From positions 1-64,000 of the forward strand of contig MEDY01000292.1 in the NCBI GenBank assembly GCA_001724265.1: a stretch of 64,000 bases of DNA, in the 5' to 3' direction. Numbering within the stretch: position 1 is the stretch's first letter; every line of letters starts with the position of its first letter. Made by a program: the position numbers and the translations under genes. The stretch comes from Rhizaria sp. SCN 62-66 (Eukaryota). Of this stretch, positions 1-11,300 are shown one piece after another. The notes under the pieces were generated by a model. That model did no database searches. It was not told the origin of the DNA and saw nothing but the letters and a program-made list of their open reading frames with translations.

Positions 1-1068
1 TAAACCACGTAGTTTGATAACTTCTACGAAAGTGCGCCAAAGTCGCAAAAAAAGCGCGAATTCGCGTTTTTTAGTTGACGCTACATAGGGGTTACATGAA
101 TAATTCCCTAAAATGTTTCCTACAATAATTACTAGTTTCATTCTGTTTTGTTTCGTAGAGATACAACTGACGGATATCAACAATAAAGAACAATAGATCA
201 CGAACGACGCTTGACATTGTTGTCATGAGCAGGATATTATGACGCACCAAGACTTTCATTATCGTGACTCGTAGCGGCAGAGTTGCCATTGCGCAGCGTC
301 CGCCGCCGTGCGAGCTGCGCACATCAGGTACGACAGAGTCATGATCACTTCCAAGCGACAGCTCGCTGTGGTCTTTCTCGTGATCAGCGGCCTTGACAGC
401 GGTACTTTGAGCCGCGATCAGGGTGTTGATGGCTTTCTGAGTATATTGGAGATCACAGCAATTGCAACGGTTCTGATTATGTCCGCGTCGCCGGTGACTG
501 ATCCACGAGCCCTGCAGCCCGTCGCCTTCGCCGACTCTACTAATACAACACGTTATCTTCCACGCAGGGCCCAATACCGTTACTCATTCGCCAAGCTACG
601 TGTCTTTGTAATATAGAGCTTTCAATGTATGTTAGAAATATGTTTGTTTAAATATAAGTAGTGTCTATTTTAAAACTCAAATGTGAGTAGTCTTCCTTAG
701 TCTGTAGCTCCAGCAGTCAACCTGCTCCAACTGATCTGCTCTCACAACCGACCTTTGTCTTTTCTTCATGCTCCACCCTTGCTCTTTCATCCCCAGTCTA
801 CCGTACGCTAAGCACATAAGATATTAGTGTGTGCGTTATAGCTTAAACCTTATTTTTTTGCCTCAGGCCTCTATCTCTAGTCCCTAAGCTTCAACTCAAC
901 CTTGCCATCAACACAACACACGAGTTTCTTGATTCAACCTTAGACAGTCTCCAGCGACCGCGAAAGCAGCACTCAGTATTACAGCCCTGTGCCTTAGTGA
1001 TTGCTGACATCTTTTCTAGCAGCCATTACAAAGCCACTTTGACTGTGCTCTGTTTCGCTGCGTGAACC

Positions 1069-4000
1069 ATGATCCCCCGTCCCCCCACCTCCCACCGGCC
1101 CAACAGCTCTCTCGCTCCTTCCAGCGCCGGCTCGGGCTCCGCGGATGCCCCCGTCGCCATCCCCGGCGCTTACCCGGCCTTTCCCGGTCCCCGCGCGTCC
1201 GGCTACTTTACTCCCACGTCACTTGCCCTCAGCAATGCGCCAAGTTTGAGCCACGCCGCGCCGCCGCGCCCCAGCTCCTCCGCCTACGCCTCGCTCTTCG
1301 ATGGCCCCAGCTCCAGCGCTGCGAACAACGGCAATAGTGACGCGGCCTGCGCTGTTTCTGACGCTGCGCTTGACTCCCTCTCCCCCTCTGCTTCCTATCT
1401 TCGCTCGCGCCCCCGCCCCGGCGCTTCCGCGCACGGCGGCGGCAGCAGCGGTCTGTCCTGCGCGAGTAACGGCTCGGTCGCGTCGGCAGCGTACGCCGAC
1501 TGGTTTCTGACCCCGCCGCCCGCGTCCTCCGCGGCCGCGTGCGTGGCTGCACTTGAGGCCGGCCGCCTGGACGCGCCCGCGCTGCGCACGCTCTCACTCG
1601 CGCGCCCGCTGCCCGCCACCAGCGTCGCGCGCGCACTCGCCCTCGCAGGCGTCGCCAGCTCCAGCTCCAGCGCCAGTTCCGCTGCGTCCGGGACTGCTGC
1701 GGTCGCTGCTGCGAGTGCGGGCGCCGCGGCCGGGCTGCTGGGGCTGCCCGGCTCGCTGCCGGTCGAGGTCGACGACGTCATCGCGCTCAGTCGAGCCGCC
1801 GCGTCGACCTCCGCGAGCTCTGGCTCTGGATCTGGCTCTGTCGTCAGCGTGAGGGCGAATGCGGGTGCGGGTGATGGACTGTTCAGCAGCGCATCCCGCG
1901 CGGCGCTGGCGCTGGGGCCTGCCTCCGCGTCGACGTCGACGTCGCTGTCTGCCGTGACGCTGTCTCAGCTGGCGCTATTCCTCAGCGCGCTCGACGCCGT
2001 GGCCACACAACCGCAGCTGCAGCCGCCCGCGACCGCGGCCGCCGCGCTCGCGCTCGCAACTGCGCAGCAGCAGCACAACAGGCTTAACTCTCAGAACAAT
2101 AGCATCTCGAGCAATGACGCTATTGAGGAAGGGCAGCAACAGCAGCAGCAGTTGAATGCGGCGGCGGGCGTTAGCATCAGCAGCAGCGGCCGCGCCATCT
2201 ACAAGCACACCAAGGACATCCCCGCTCCGTTGTCCTCAGGTTACCACGCTCACGGCCACGCTCACGGTCACGGTGGCCAGTCTAATAGCGCGAACAGTTC
2301 CGTCTCGGCAGCGAGCATCGAGGCCGCGGCCGCGACCGCCGCCGCCGCGGCCGCTGCCGCGCCGCAGCTGCTGCCGCTCAACCTCGCCTCGGCCTCCGCC
2401 GCCAGCGCTAGCGCCGCTGCCCACTGGAACAACAACAGCAACGGCAGCAATGGCAATGCGGTCAATGCCAGTGCGAGTTCAAGTGCGCTGTCCGCGCTGA
2501 CTGCTCCAGCCGCGGCGTCGGCGGCGTACCTAACGGTCCCCAGCGGCGGTGGCGGCGGTGGCGGCAGTGGCCACGTCGGCGGCGGCGGCCTGAGCGCGGC
2601 GGGCAGCTACCGGAGCAGCAATCCCAATAGCAACAACAACAGCAACTCGACTATCAATGACTATTACTACGGCGCCCACTCCATCCCTCCGAATGCTACT
2701 GCGAGCTCAAGTGCAAACTATGGCATGGGCAAAGCTGGCGGCACTAGTTCGCTGCTTTCGTCGACATTCGGGCCTGGCTGCACCATCAACAGCAACAACA
2801 AGGGTGGCAGCAGCAGTGGCGGCGCCGGGGTTGGCGGCAACTCTCTCGCGACCACCAGCGGCGCCTACGGGGTCATCGGTGCGCTCACGGTCACCCCAGG
2901 CCCTCCGCGGCCGTACCGGCCCGCCACGGCCAAGCCCTCGTCGCTGTACGGCGGCCTAACTTCCTCCTCGGCCTCCAACAGTGACAACGAGGACGACGAG
3001 GACGACAACGACGACGACGGCAGCCGCGACAGTGCGAGTGAGAACGAGAGCGAGCAGAAAGACAGCGAAAGCCTCCGCCACCGCCGCCGTCACCGTCATT
3101 TCAGCGCCAAGCACGCCGCCGCTGTGGTTGGGGACGGCAGTCGCGGCCACGGCGATGACGGCGAGAACGACGAGAACGACCACGAGCATGAGGACGATGT
3201 GCGTGGCAGTGACCGTGGGCGCGCGCTGCCGGCCCCCTTAGACCTGGAGGAGCTCCCGCACCCTCAGGTCAACCCCCTCAACTCGACTAAGCACCCTCTT
3301 AGAACCCCGTCTAAGGGTGGCGCGGCGTCGGTCACTCCCTCCAACAACAACGGCACTAGCGCGGCAACCTCCACGGCGACCTTGCTCCCCCAAACCCCCT
3401 CTGCCGCCGCCAACAACAACAACAACATCAGCAATATTGGCAACAGCACCAACGCTGCTGCTGCCTTTGCTGCGGCCGACTACGCCCCGTCGTCTTCGGC
3501 CTTCGCTCTGGCGCCCTTTGGCTGGCGCTGGGTTTCGGTCCTCGCGCTCCGCCGCGCCGTCCTCCCTGCCCTCCTCACCGCCTCCACCTCCAACAGCAGC
3601 GGCAGCAGCGGCCCTAGCAGCGGCAGCGGCGACGGCGCCCACAGCGGCGGCCTGTCGCCCGTCGCGGTCGCCCTTGCCTCGCTCTGCGACGCCGCCGCGG
3701 CGCGCTCGGTCACTTTCCTTCCCCTCGACACCGTCGTCGCCGCCGTCGCCGCCGCTGCGGGGCAGTGGCTCCTAGCGGCCACCGCGAGCGCCATCGTCGG
3801 CACCGAGCCCTCGCTGCCGCGCTGTTTCTACAACAACAACTCCAGCAGCAACACCAACGGTGGTGAGAACGGGAGCGCGAGCGCGAATGCGGCTGCGAGC
3901 TCGAGTGCGAGTGTAGCTGCGACGTCGCTGGCGCCGGAGCTCTGGCAGGACACCCCCTTAGAGTGGCTCGAAGTACTTACATCCTCCCCGCGTTTCGCGC

Positions 4001-7000
4001 CCTTTCTGCGGCTCGCCGTGCTGTCCTCCCCGGCTTTTGCGCAGATGCTGCTGACCGTGGGCAAGGCCGTCAAAAGTCAAGCCGCCGCGCGGGGCAGCGC
4101 GTTCAACATCACCAGCGTCGGCGCCGCCGCTGCTGCCGGCGACAGCGCCGCCGCCGCTGCAAGCGACTTTGTCAACGTCGTCACTGAGCTGCTCTCCGCC
4201 GCGGCCACCACCTCTGACGGCAAGCCGCCCGCGAAGCCCAGCGCCAGCGCCATCGTCATCGCCGGCGCCAGCGCTGGGGCTGCCGTAGGTGGGTTTGACT
4301 CGTTTCCCGCGTTCCACCAGTCTGCGCTTGCGCCCGCGCTCTTCACGCGCATTCTCCACAGGGCGCTCGTGCACGCCCACCACGCCGACAGCGCGGGCAG
4401 CGGCGGCGGCGGCGGCAAGGCCCGGGGAGGCGTGGCGAGCGCGCTGGGCTCGAGGTTCCCTACGGTGCTGATGTCGCTGTCGCATGCCCTAGCCGCGCGC
4501 CTGAGGCTGTCGCTGCACGCGCATGCGCTCTACACAGAGAAGCTGCTCTGCAGCGTCGAGGCCGTGTTCAACAAGCACGCCGCAGACACGCTCGCGCGCA
4601 CGCGCATGCAACGCTCAGCCGCGCTCACGCACAACAACAGCAACAACAGCAACAGGTACGGGTACGGGTACGGGTATGGAGACAAAGGTGACCGGTTCGG
4701 CAAAGCGCAGCACATCTCGATGGCAAACACGCTCAGCAACACCCAGTCCAGCGCGCGCGCGCAGTCCCGCCTGCAGCAGCGGGGCCAGTCCCGCGGCGGC
4801 GGCGCCCGGACGGGCTTCTCAGGCGCCCATGTGCACGGCCACCAGTTTGACCTGGCGGCGCGGCTGCCGCTGCTGGCTCGGCCCGCCACGGCCGCGGCTG
4901 CCGCGACGGCCACCACGACTGCGCGCGCGCTGTCCGCCGCCGCGACACTCCCGCCCGCGCTCGCGCTCGCGCTCGCGCAGCAGCAGGTGGCCGACCAACA
5001 GCAGCAGCAGCGGTCGCGGTCTAAGGGACGAGTTGCGGCCGCGGCCGCCGGGTACTTACACCTGGCGCGGCCCGGCACCACCGGCGGCTCCGGCTACACC
5101 AACAGCAGCGCCTTCACTGGCGGCCACGGTGACAACGGCGCGTTTACCGGCACTCGCAGCGCGCGTGGCGCGAGCCGCAGCGGCGGCGCTGCAGACGTGA
5201 ACGCGAGCGGCGTCGCGGGCGTGAGCGACGGCCGGCCGGGCACCGCGGCTCGGGCGGTGTGGGGCTCGGGCGCCGCCGCCCGCGCTGGCGCCATCGCCAT
5301 GCCTGCTGAGAATAACAACGCCGGTGCTGCGGGCAGTTCGCGGAGTGCGAGCAGCAGTCGCCCCGGCACGCGTGGGGCCGCGGCCTCGGGTTCCGGCGGC
5401 TACGCCAACGCGATCACACGGCCCGGCACTGCAGCGGCCGCGCTGCTGGCGCAGGAGCAGGAGCTCTGGTCGCCCGACTTGAACAACAACGCCAACAACA
5501 ACAACAACGGCGAGCTCGGCTCTGCGGCTGCCTCGTCGTCTTCGTCTGAGTTTTTGTCTTCGTTCGGCTTCGCGTCTGCGCCGGCCGTGCTCGAGTACGA
5601 CACGCCCTCCGCGATCCCGCTGCACCGGCTGCTGGACACGTTGCTGCCCGGCCACGCCGGCCTGACTTACTTCCACCTTGACGCTAGGGCGCCCGCAACC
5701 GGGCTGCTCTACCCGCAGACGCTGCTCGGCGACGCCAGCGCGACGGGCGGCCGCGGCGTGGGCTTCGGCGTCCCCATGATCGGCGGCGTGCGGAGTGCCG
5801 CGACGGGCCGGAGGAACAACGTGCTGAGTCTGCAGATGCCGACGCCCTACGACCTGGCCCTAACGCGCAGCGTCGCACACAGCCACCCGGGTTCTGCGAT
5901 GAGCCTCGCGGCGGCGCACGGTCACCTGGCCGCTGCCCACGGCCACCTCCTCGCCGCCCACGGTCACCTCGACAGCGCGGCACACAGCCACGCTCACAGC
6001 CGCAGCGGCAGCCACAGCTCCAGTCCCGCTCCGGGTGCGGGCGCCGGCTCCGCGGTCGCGGCGGCGCTGGCGCTGGCGCAGTCGAACTGCTACGCGACCT
6101 ACACGGCCAACGCGCTGGGGGCGCTGTTCGGAGCGCGCCCGGGGCTGGCCTACCGCCTCAAGGACGCGCTCACGCGCGCCGCCGCCGCCTCAGCCGCCGC
6201 GGCCGCCGTGTCCGCGCACCGCAGCTCGCGGCCCGCGCGCGCAGCCGCGCGCGCGGCCGCGGCGGCGCGGCTGCTGCAGCGGCGGCGCGGCGAGCCCGTC
6301 GACGGCGACGAAAGCTTCGACGGCAGCGACGGCGAGTGGGAGCTCAAGCTCAAGCGCGAGCAGGCCGCCGACGACGCCGCCGTCGCTGCGGGCGCAGTCA
6401 CCGAGGCCGATGTCGCCGCCAAGGCCATCGCCGCGGTCACCGGCACCGGCGCCCTCACAACCGGTGTGGGCTTCGGCTTCAACGCCAGCTCGAACGCCCC
6501 CGCCGCGGCGACGACCGGCTTCGGCGCCGCCGCGGGCCCGAGCGCGGTGGTCGCGGCGGCCGCGCTGAGCGTGCACGGCGTGACGTGCGCGCTGCACGAG
6601 GCCGAGCGCGCTGTGGCTCGCGACGATGCCCTGCACGCCGTACGCACGCTGCTCTACCTTTGCAGCGCCGCGCTCGACAGCAACAGCAACGGCCTCTACA
6701 CCACTGCTGGCGGCGGCGCTGCGGGTGACGAGAGCACAAGCATCGGCGTGAGCGTTAGTGAGAACGAGATCAAGTGGTCGCAGAAGCACTTTGGGCTCGG
6801 CAAGCTCGTCCGCACAATCCTCAACCCCGACGGCAGCGCCGCTGCAGCCACCGCTGATGGCAAGGGCGACGCGGGCGAGAGTGGCGCGGCCGCCAAGGGC
6901 ACGAGGAGCGCCGGCGCCGTCGCCGCCCGCAAGGCGCGCCGGGAAGCCCGCGCGCGCGCCCGCGCCGGCGGACTGCCGCTGCACGGCCTGACCACTGCGC

Positions 7001-8019
7001 AGCCCGAGCCCGCGGCCGCGGCCGGCGCCAACAGCAATGGCAGCGGGGCGGGCAGCGGCAATGGGGACGGCGAGTCCGAGTCGGACTCGGACACGTACTC
7101 GAGCGAGGACGACGAGGACGACGACGGCGCCGACTACGAAGACGCCGACGCCGACCAGGACGACGCGACTATCGAGCGCGACCCGCTGACCGGCCGCCGC
7201 CTCATGTCGCGCCGCGACCGGCTCTACCGCCTGCTGCGCTACCCCGCGGGCCTGCTCGAGACGGCGTCGGCGGCGCTGGAGGCGCACCCGCTGTCGCTGC
7301 TGGCGGACCGCCTTACACTCGGCCACGGCGTCTACACCAGCCACAGCGACGGGGACCGCGCGGTGCAGGACGCCGCGGCGGCCGCCGACGACGCCGAGGC
7401 CGCCGCGGAGGCCGCCGAGCGCCTCGGTGCCGTCGCGCGCGCGGCCGGTTGGGCTGGGGCTTATCCGTCCTACGCGGCGGGGGCGGACATGCCGCTGCCG
7501 GGCGCCGCGCTCTTCCCGCAGTTCGTCGCCGGCAGCGCCTTGAGCGCGAACGTGCTGAGTGGTGGGAGCATCGGGAACATCGGCGCTAACAGCCCGGGCG
7601 CGGTGCACTACGGCTCGCTGGGCGACGCCGAGGCGGACGCGGAGGCTGAGGCCGCTGAGACGGCCGAGGTCGAGGCGGAGGCCGAGGCGCGGGTGCGCGC
7701 GCGGGCCGGAACCGCGGCGAGCAACCGCAGCCGGCTCGCCAACGGCTCCGCTGGGCTCGGCGGCACAGGCACTGACGCCGAGACGGAGACCGAGACCGAG
7801 ACTGATGGCGCGAATGTGAACCACTTCCCGATGCCGTCCATGGCCGACGCCGACGCTGACGCCGACGCTGACGCCGAGGCTGACGCTGAGAGTGGCCGTG
7901 AGGCGGAGGCCGACGCGGGGGCCGAGCAGGAGCAGGAGAACGGCGACGGTGAGAGCGGTGGCGAAGAGGGTGACGTGCTGGCCCCGCTGCCGTCCGCGTT
8001 CGGCGCCAGCTCCGAGTAA
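1069..8019 (+). CDS. Large low-complexity hypothetical protein (2316 aa, apparently intronless)
   Basis: Uninterrupted ATG-to-TAA ORF with GC-rich, host-like codon usage, bounded by AT-rich spacers. Contains repeated RPx[ST] motifs, HGH repeats and acidic tracts. No domain recognised. Confidence 0.8.
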   Translation: MIPRPPTSHRPNSSLAPSSAGSGSADAPVAIPGAYPAFPGPRASGYFTPTSLALSNAPSLSHAAPPRPSSSAYASLFDGPSSSAANNGNSDAACAVSDAALDSLSPSASYLRSRPRPGASAHGGGSSGLSCASNGSVASAAYADWFLTPPPASSAAACVAALEAGRLDAPALRTLSLARPLPATSVARALALAGVASSSSSASSAASGTAAVAAASAGAAAGLLGLPGSLPVEVDDVIALSRAAASTSASSGSGSGSVVSVRANAGAGDGLFSSASRAALALGPASASTSTSLSAVTLSQLALFLSALDAVATQPQLQPPATAAAALALATAQQQHNRLNSQNNSISSNDAIEEGQQQQQQLNAAAGVSISSSGRAIYKHTKDIPAPLSSGYHAHGHAHGHGGQSNSANSSVSAASIEAAAATAAAAAAAAPQLLPLNLASASAASASAAAHWNNNSNGSNGNAVNASASSSALSALTAPAAASAAYLTVPSGGGGGGGSGHVGGGGLSAAGSYRSSNPNSNNNSNSTINDYYYGAHSIPPNATASSSANYGMGKAGGTSSLLSSTFGPGCTINSNNKGGSSSGGAGVGGNSLATTSGAYGVIGALTVTPGPPRPYRPATAKPSSLYGGLTSSSASNSDNEDDEDDNDDDGSRDSASENESEQKDSESLRHRRRHRHFSAKHAAAVVGDGSRGHGDDGENDENDHEHEDDVRGSDRGRALPAPLDLEELPHPQVNPLNSTKHPLRTPSKGGAASVTPSNNNGTSAATSTATLLPQTPSAAANNNNNISNIGNSTNAAAAFAAADYAPSSSAFALAPFGWRWVSVLALRRAVLPALLTASTSNSSGSSGPSSGSGDGAHSGGLSPVAVALASLCDAAAARSVTFLPLDTVVAAVAAAAGQWLLAATASAIVGTEPSLPRCFYNNNSSSNTNGGENGSASANAAASSSASVAATSLAPELWQDTPLEWLEVLTSSPRFAPFLRLAVLSSPAFAQMLLTVGKAVKSQAAARGSAFNITSVGAAAAAGDSAAAAASDFVNVVTELLSAAATTSDGKPPAKPSASAIVIAGASAGAAVGGFDSFPAFHQSALAPALFTRILHRALVHAHHADSAGSGGGGGKARGGVASALGSRFPTVLMSLSHALAARLRLSLHAHALYTEKLLCSVEAVFNKHAADTLARTRMQRSAALTHNNSNNSNRYGYGYGYGDKGDRFGKAQHISMANTLSNTQSSARAQSRLQQRGQSRGGGARTGFSGAHVHGHQFDLAARLPLLARPATAAAAATATTTARALSAAATLPPALALALAQQQVADQQQQQRSRSKGRVAAAAAGYLHLARPGTTGGSGYTNSSAFTGGHGDNGAFTGTRSARGASRSGGAADVNASGVAGVSDGRPGTAARAVWGSGAAARAGAIAMPAENNNAGAAGSSRSASSSRPGTRGAAASGSGGYANAITRPGTAAAALLAQEQELWSPDLNNNANNNNNGELGSAAASSSSSEFLSSFGFASAPAVLEYDTPSAIPLHRLLDTLLPGHAGLTYFHLDARAPATGLLYPQTLLGDASATGGRGVGFGVPMIGGVRSAATGRRNNVLSLQMPTPYDLALTRSVAHSHPGSAMSLAAAHGHLAAAHGHLLAAHGHLDSAAHSHAHSRSGSHSSSPAPGAGAGSAVAAALALAQSNCYATYTANALGALFGARPGLAYRLKDALTRAAAASAAAAAVSAHRSSRPARAAARAAAAARLLQRRRGEPVDGDESFDGSDGEWELKLKREQAADDAAVAAGAVTEADVAAKAIAAVTGTGALTTGVGFGFNASSNAPAAATTGFGAAAGPSAVVAAAALSVHGVTCALHEAERAVARDDALHAVRTLLYLCSAALDSNSNGLYTTAGGGAAGDESTSIGVSVSENEIKWSQKHFGLGKLVRTILNPDGSAAAATADGKGDAGESGAAAKGTRSAGAVAARKARREARARARAGGLPLHGLTTAQPEPAAAAGANSNGSGAGSGNGDGESESDSDTYSSEDDEDDDGADYEDADADQDDATIERDPLTGRRLMSRRDRLYRLLRYPAGLLETASAALEAHPLSLLADRLTLGHGVYTSHSDGDRAVQDAAAAADDAEAAAEAAERLGAVARAAGWAGAYPSYAAGADMPLPGAALFPQFVAGSALSANVLSGGSIGNIGANSPGAVHYGSLGDAEADAEAEAAETAEVEAEAEARVRARAGTAASNRSRLANGSAGLGGTGTDAETETETETDGANVNHFPMPSMADADADADADAEADAESGREAEADAGAEQEQENGDGESGGEEGDVLAPLPSAFGASSE

Positions 8020-8367
8020 GCGTCGTACGAGACATTGTTTATTCACAAGCATGCTCTTCATTTTAACCATTTCTGTATCTGTATAGGCTTTGGTTAAACA
8101 CAAAGCGAGATTTACAAATCGCCGTTTAGTTCACTTTACACAGCTCGTGACGCAATTATCAAACTGATTTATGAATAGCAAACACACTGGATTAAAATCA
8201 CCATAACCTGACTATAGTAGAACATACCGGTATTAAATACACACTTAGAACATTTGAAATCAACAAAACCTGACTAATGGTTATGTATTGGTTCAATAGG
8301 TAGCAGGATAGATAGACTTAAAGACTAATTATACTTGTTTTTCGTGTTAGTGGTTGCTTATGCGTTG

Positions 8368-11300
8368 TTACATGTTATTAAAGCGAATATCCGTCGCTTC
8401 ATATGGCCTGAATCGTTCGAAAACACCCACGTCATCGTGTTGCGAAAAACTGTGAGCAAATGTTGTTTTATCCCAGAGAGGGTTAGAAACAAGCGCCGCC
8501 CAGTCGACGGCAAAACTAGCGGCGCCTGCAGCGGCTGTACTAGCGACTGTATTCGCAGCCGTGAGCTGCGGCATTTTCCCCAGCTCCCCCTGCATAAGCA
8601 CTGCCCGCGCCCTGGGGTGCGCCTTGCTGCGCTGCACGGCCACCACGCGCCACGGCAGTTGCTGCGAAGCAGCCGCGGCGCTGCTGTTACTACCGCCCGC
8701 CTCTGCAGTAGCAGGGCGGGGGTACATGGCAGAGCCGGGCGCGACCGCTACGGGCGAGAGCTGCGACAGGAACACCGTCCCGGTCACCGCATTGCTGAAC
8801 GCCGCCGCGTCGGCCGCGGTCGGGCCTCGGCGCAGCGCTACGGCCACGGGCGCGGCGGCGACGGCGGCAGCGAGCGCGGCCGTGACCGCTGAGAGAGCGT
8901 GGGTCGGAATGGCAGTGCGGGGCGCAAAGGCGATGGCGAATGAGCTTGCGAATGCAGATGCCGCGGGCTTCGAATGAGTCGTACTGGTGAAGACGGTCGG
9001 AGGGACAACGGTCAGGAACGGCCGCGGTTGCGACGACGGTTGCGGATGCAACTCCGAATCGTCCCGGGCAGAGACTGGTGTCGATGCAGAGGCAGATGTT
9101 GCGGCGGTATCTTGTTTGGGTGTAAACATAGGAATTGCTAATGGCACAGCAGTCGCAATATAGTCGCGCGCAACATCAATGTCTGTTGTTGCCGCTGTTA
9201 CTGTTGTTGGGGTCGAGGTCGTGGTGATGAGAAGGGAGACTAGAGCAATGGCGGCAGATGAGAGCTCTTCTGAGAGACACCATTTGTCTTCACTGTTATC
9301 ATCTTCGTGGTCATCGTCGTCCTCGTTGTGATCATCGTCGTCAGAAACGTCGTTCATGCCGCGAGAGCTCGTGCCGCTCTCCGTTGCACCATCCTCTGCA
9401 TTCTTAGTCAGCCCTTCGATGACAGCGTGCGCGATCGGTGCAAACACTGCTAACCCCTGCTGTGACTCGCGCGGCTTAATATCAACAATGCAGCGCGCTG
9501 CAGTCAACACTAGCTGCACTACACTCGCAGAAGCAGAGTCGCTATGAGGGTTGTTCCGAGCGCCGGGCTGAAGAGCGCCGGGAGTGACTGAAAGCAGCGT
9601 CTCAGTGAGCCAGGGAACAATAATAGATGATGGCACCCGCACAGGTAACACGGGCGACACTGAGTCAGACTCGGATTCGGCTGACTCGGGCTGCTGTGAG
9701 CCAAATGGACTCGACGCGGCAGTCAACAGCGACCAGGAGAAGGCTAGCGCAGCTCCAACAGCCTCTGAACATAGTGCAGAAAGGGTATCATTGCTTACAT
9801 GACTATTTCCACTCGCAAAAAAACTGCTGGGGCGAGGAGGGTATAAAAGTGCGGCAAGTGTTGACGTTGAAATTGTCTGCGTGTTCGTGACAAGTGGACA
9901 TGCGCTGAGCAAAGAGCTGGCGATCGTCATGCTCAAATGACGTTGCCAGTCTGAAGTAACAATACTCGAGATGACAGGTTGCTGCGACTGCGGCCGAGAC
10001 TGAGACTGGGACGGAGACTGAGACTGAGGGAGAACGATCCGGGACGCGGCTGCAATCGCGCCAAATGCAGCACCAGCTACAGCACTGCGACACAGGTTAT
10101 CGTCATTGTCGCTGCTGCTGTCAGCGGTGCTCTGCTCGTACGGATATGAACTAGAGTCAAACAGAGGGTTTGTGGCCGGCGCAAGCGCCTGTAGCCGTAA
10201 CCACAACAGCAACCCAGCTCCCGCCCCGACGGTCTCGCAGTCGGCGCTGGCGCTGGCGGCCGGCCCTGTGACGCCCCGCGCAGTGGCGGCAGCGCCGCAG
10301 CCGGGGTAGAAGCGGGCAGCGGCCTGGCGAGGCGTCGCTGCGTTGGCTGCTGACGACTTGTCTCGTACGAGAGCGTTCGTGGTTGCGGTCGTGAGTGTGC
10401 TGCCGTGAAACGCGTTGAACAGCGCAGCGCCTGACCCTGTAAACGCCCACGCAGCGACTGCAGCCCAGGCGGCGGCCAGAGGGGCGACGACGCTAAGGGA
10501 ACCAACGGTCTGCTGGTTCTGTGATGCCGCAGTTGATGAAGATGTAAGGGCGCCCTTATACGCCCCAGTATCGTCAGACTTGATCTGGATTGAGCCAGAA
10601 AGCGTCCTGTTACTCACAAGTTTGCCCATACCGACACCGCTAAAGGCAGTGTTATTAGAAACGCTCGCGCTCACGCCGGTATTGTCACGAGCTGCTGGCG
10701 TGAGGAGCTGTGTGAGACGTGAAGCGAGCAGCGGGAGACATGCGCGCGCAGCGACGCCAACTTTGGAGCCAGCAGTCGCCGAACCAGTGACAGCACGAGT
10801 ATACGTAGGCAGCAAAGGATACTCCGACAAAAGTTGTTGCTGAGAGTTTGTGCTGCTGGTACCGAGGCTGCCGCTCTTTGCAGGCGTAGGCGCTACAAGC
10901 AATAACCCACCGGCTGCGGCAGTCGTCGTGCTGCTCGAAGCTGCCGCCGGCGCGGGTGTCGTGGCCTGCAGTGCTAACGCAGTGTCAAGGACGCAGTCGG
11001 CAACTGCAGCGGCAGGAGCGAGGCTCAGGCCAAGCCCTAGCAAGGCCCGCTGCGCCAAGCCCACGCCTGGGTTAAAGCAATCACTCGCATTCGTGGTTGT
11101 CGCAACAGAAGCGGCAAGCGCAAGCGCTGGCGCGACGGCAGTCGCGGTGATCGCGGTCACGTGCGACGCCGACGTCGCGGCCAGCGTGGTCAGGCCGGTC
11201 ACCGCGTCTTTGCCGGTTACGATCATGTCGCAACTGCACAGAACAACCGCCGCAGATGTCGCCAGGTCGCTCGCATTCGCTGGAGCATCACTTAAACTAG

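Noticed and set aside
92-616. Short ORFs 92..574 (-) and 308..616 (+)
   Set aside because: No recognisable motif or host-like codon style. Could be a decayed fragment but cannot be supported.
6190-8103. Long antisense or alternate-frame ORFs (also 23986..24969, 41227..42324, 53326..54780 and many others)
   Set aside because: Shadow ORFs from GC-rich, repetitive codon usage, opposite better-supported genes and without recognisable motifs.
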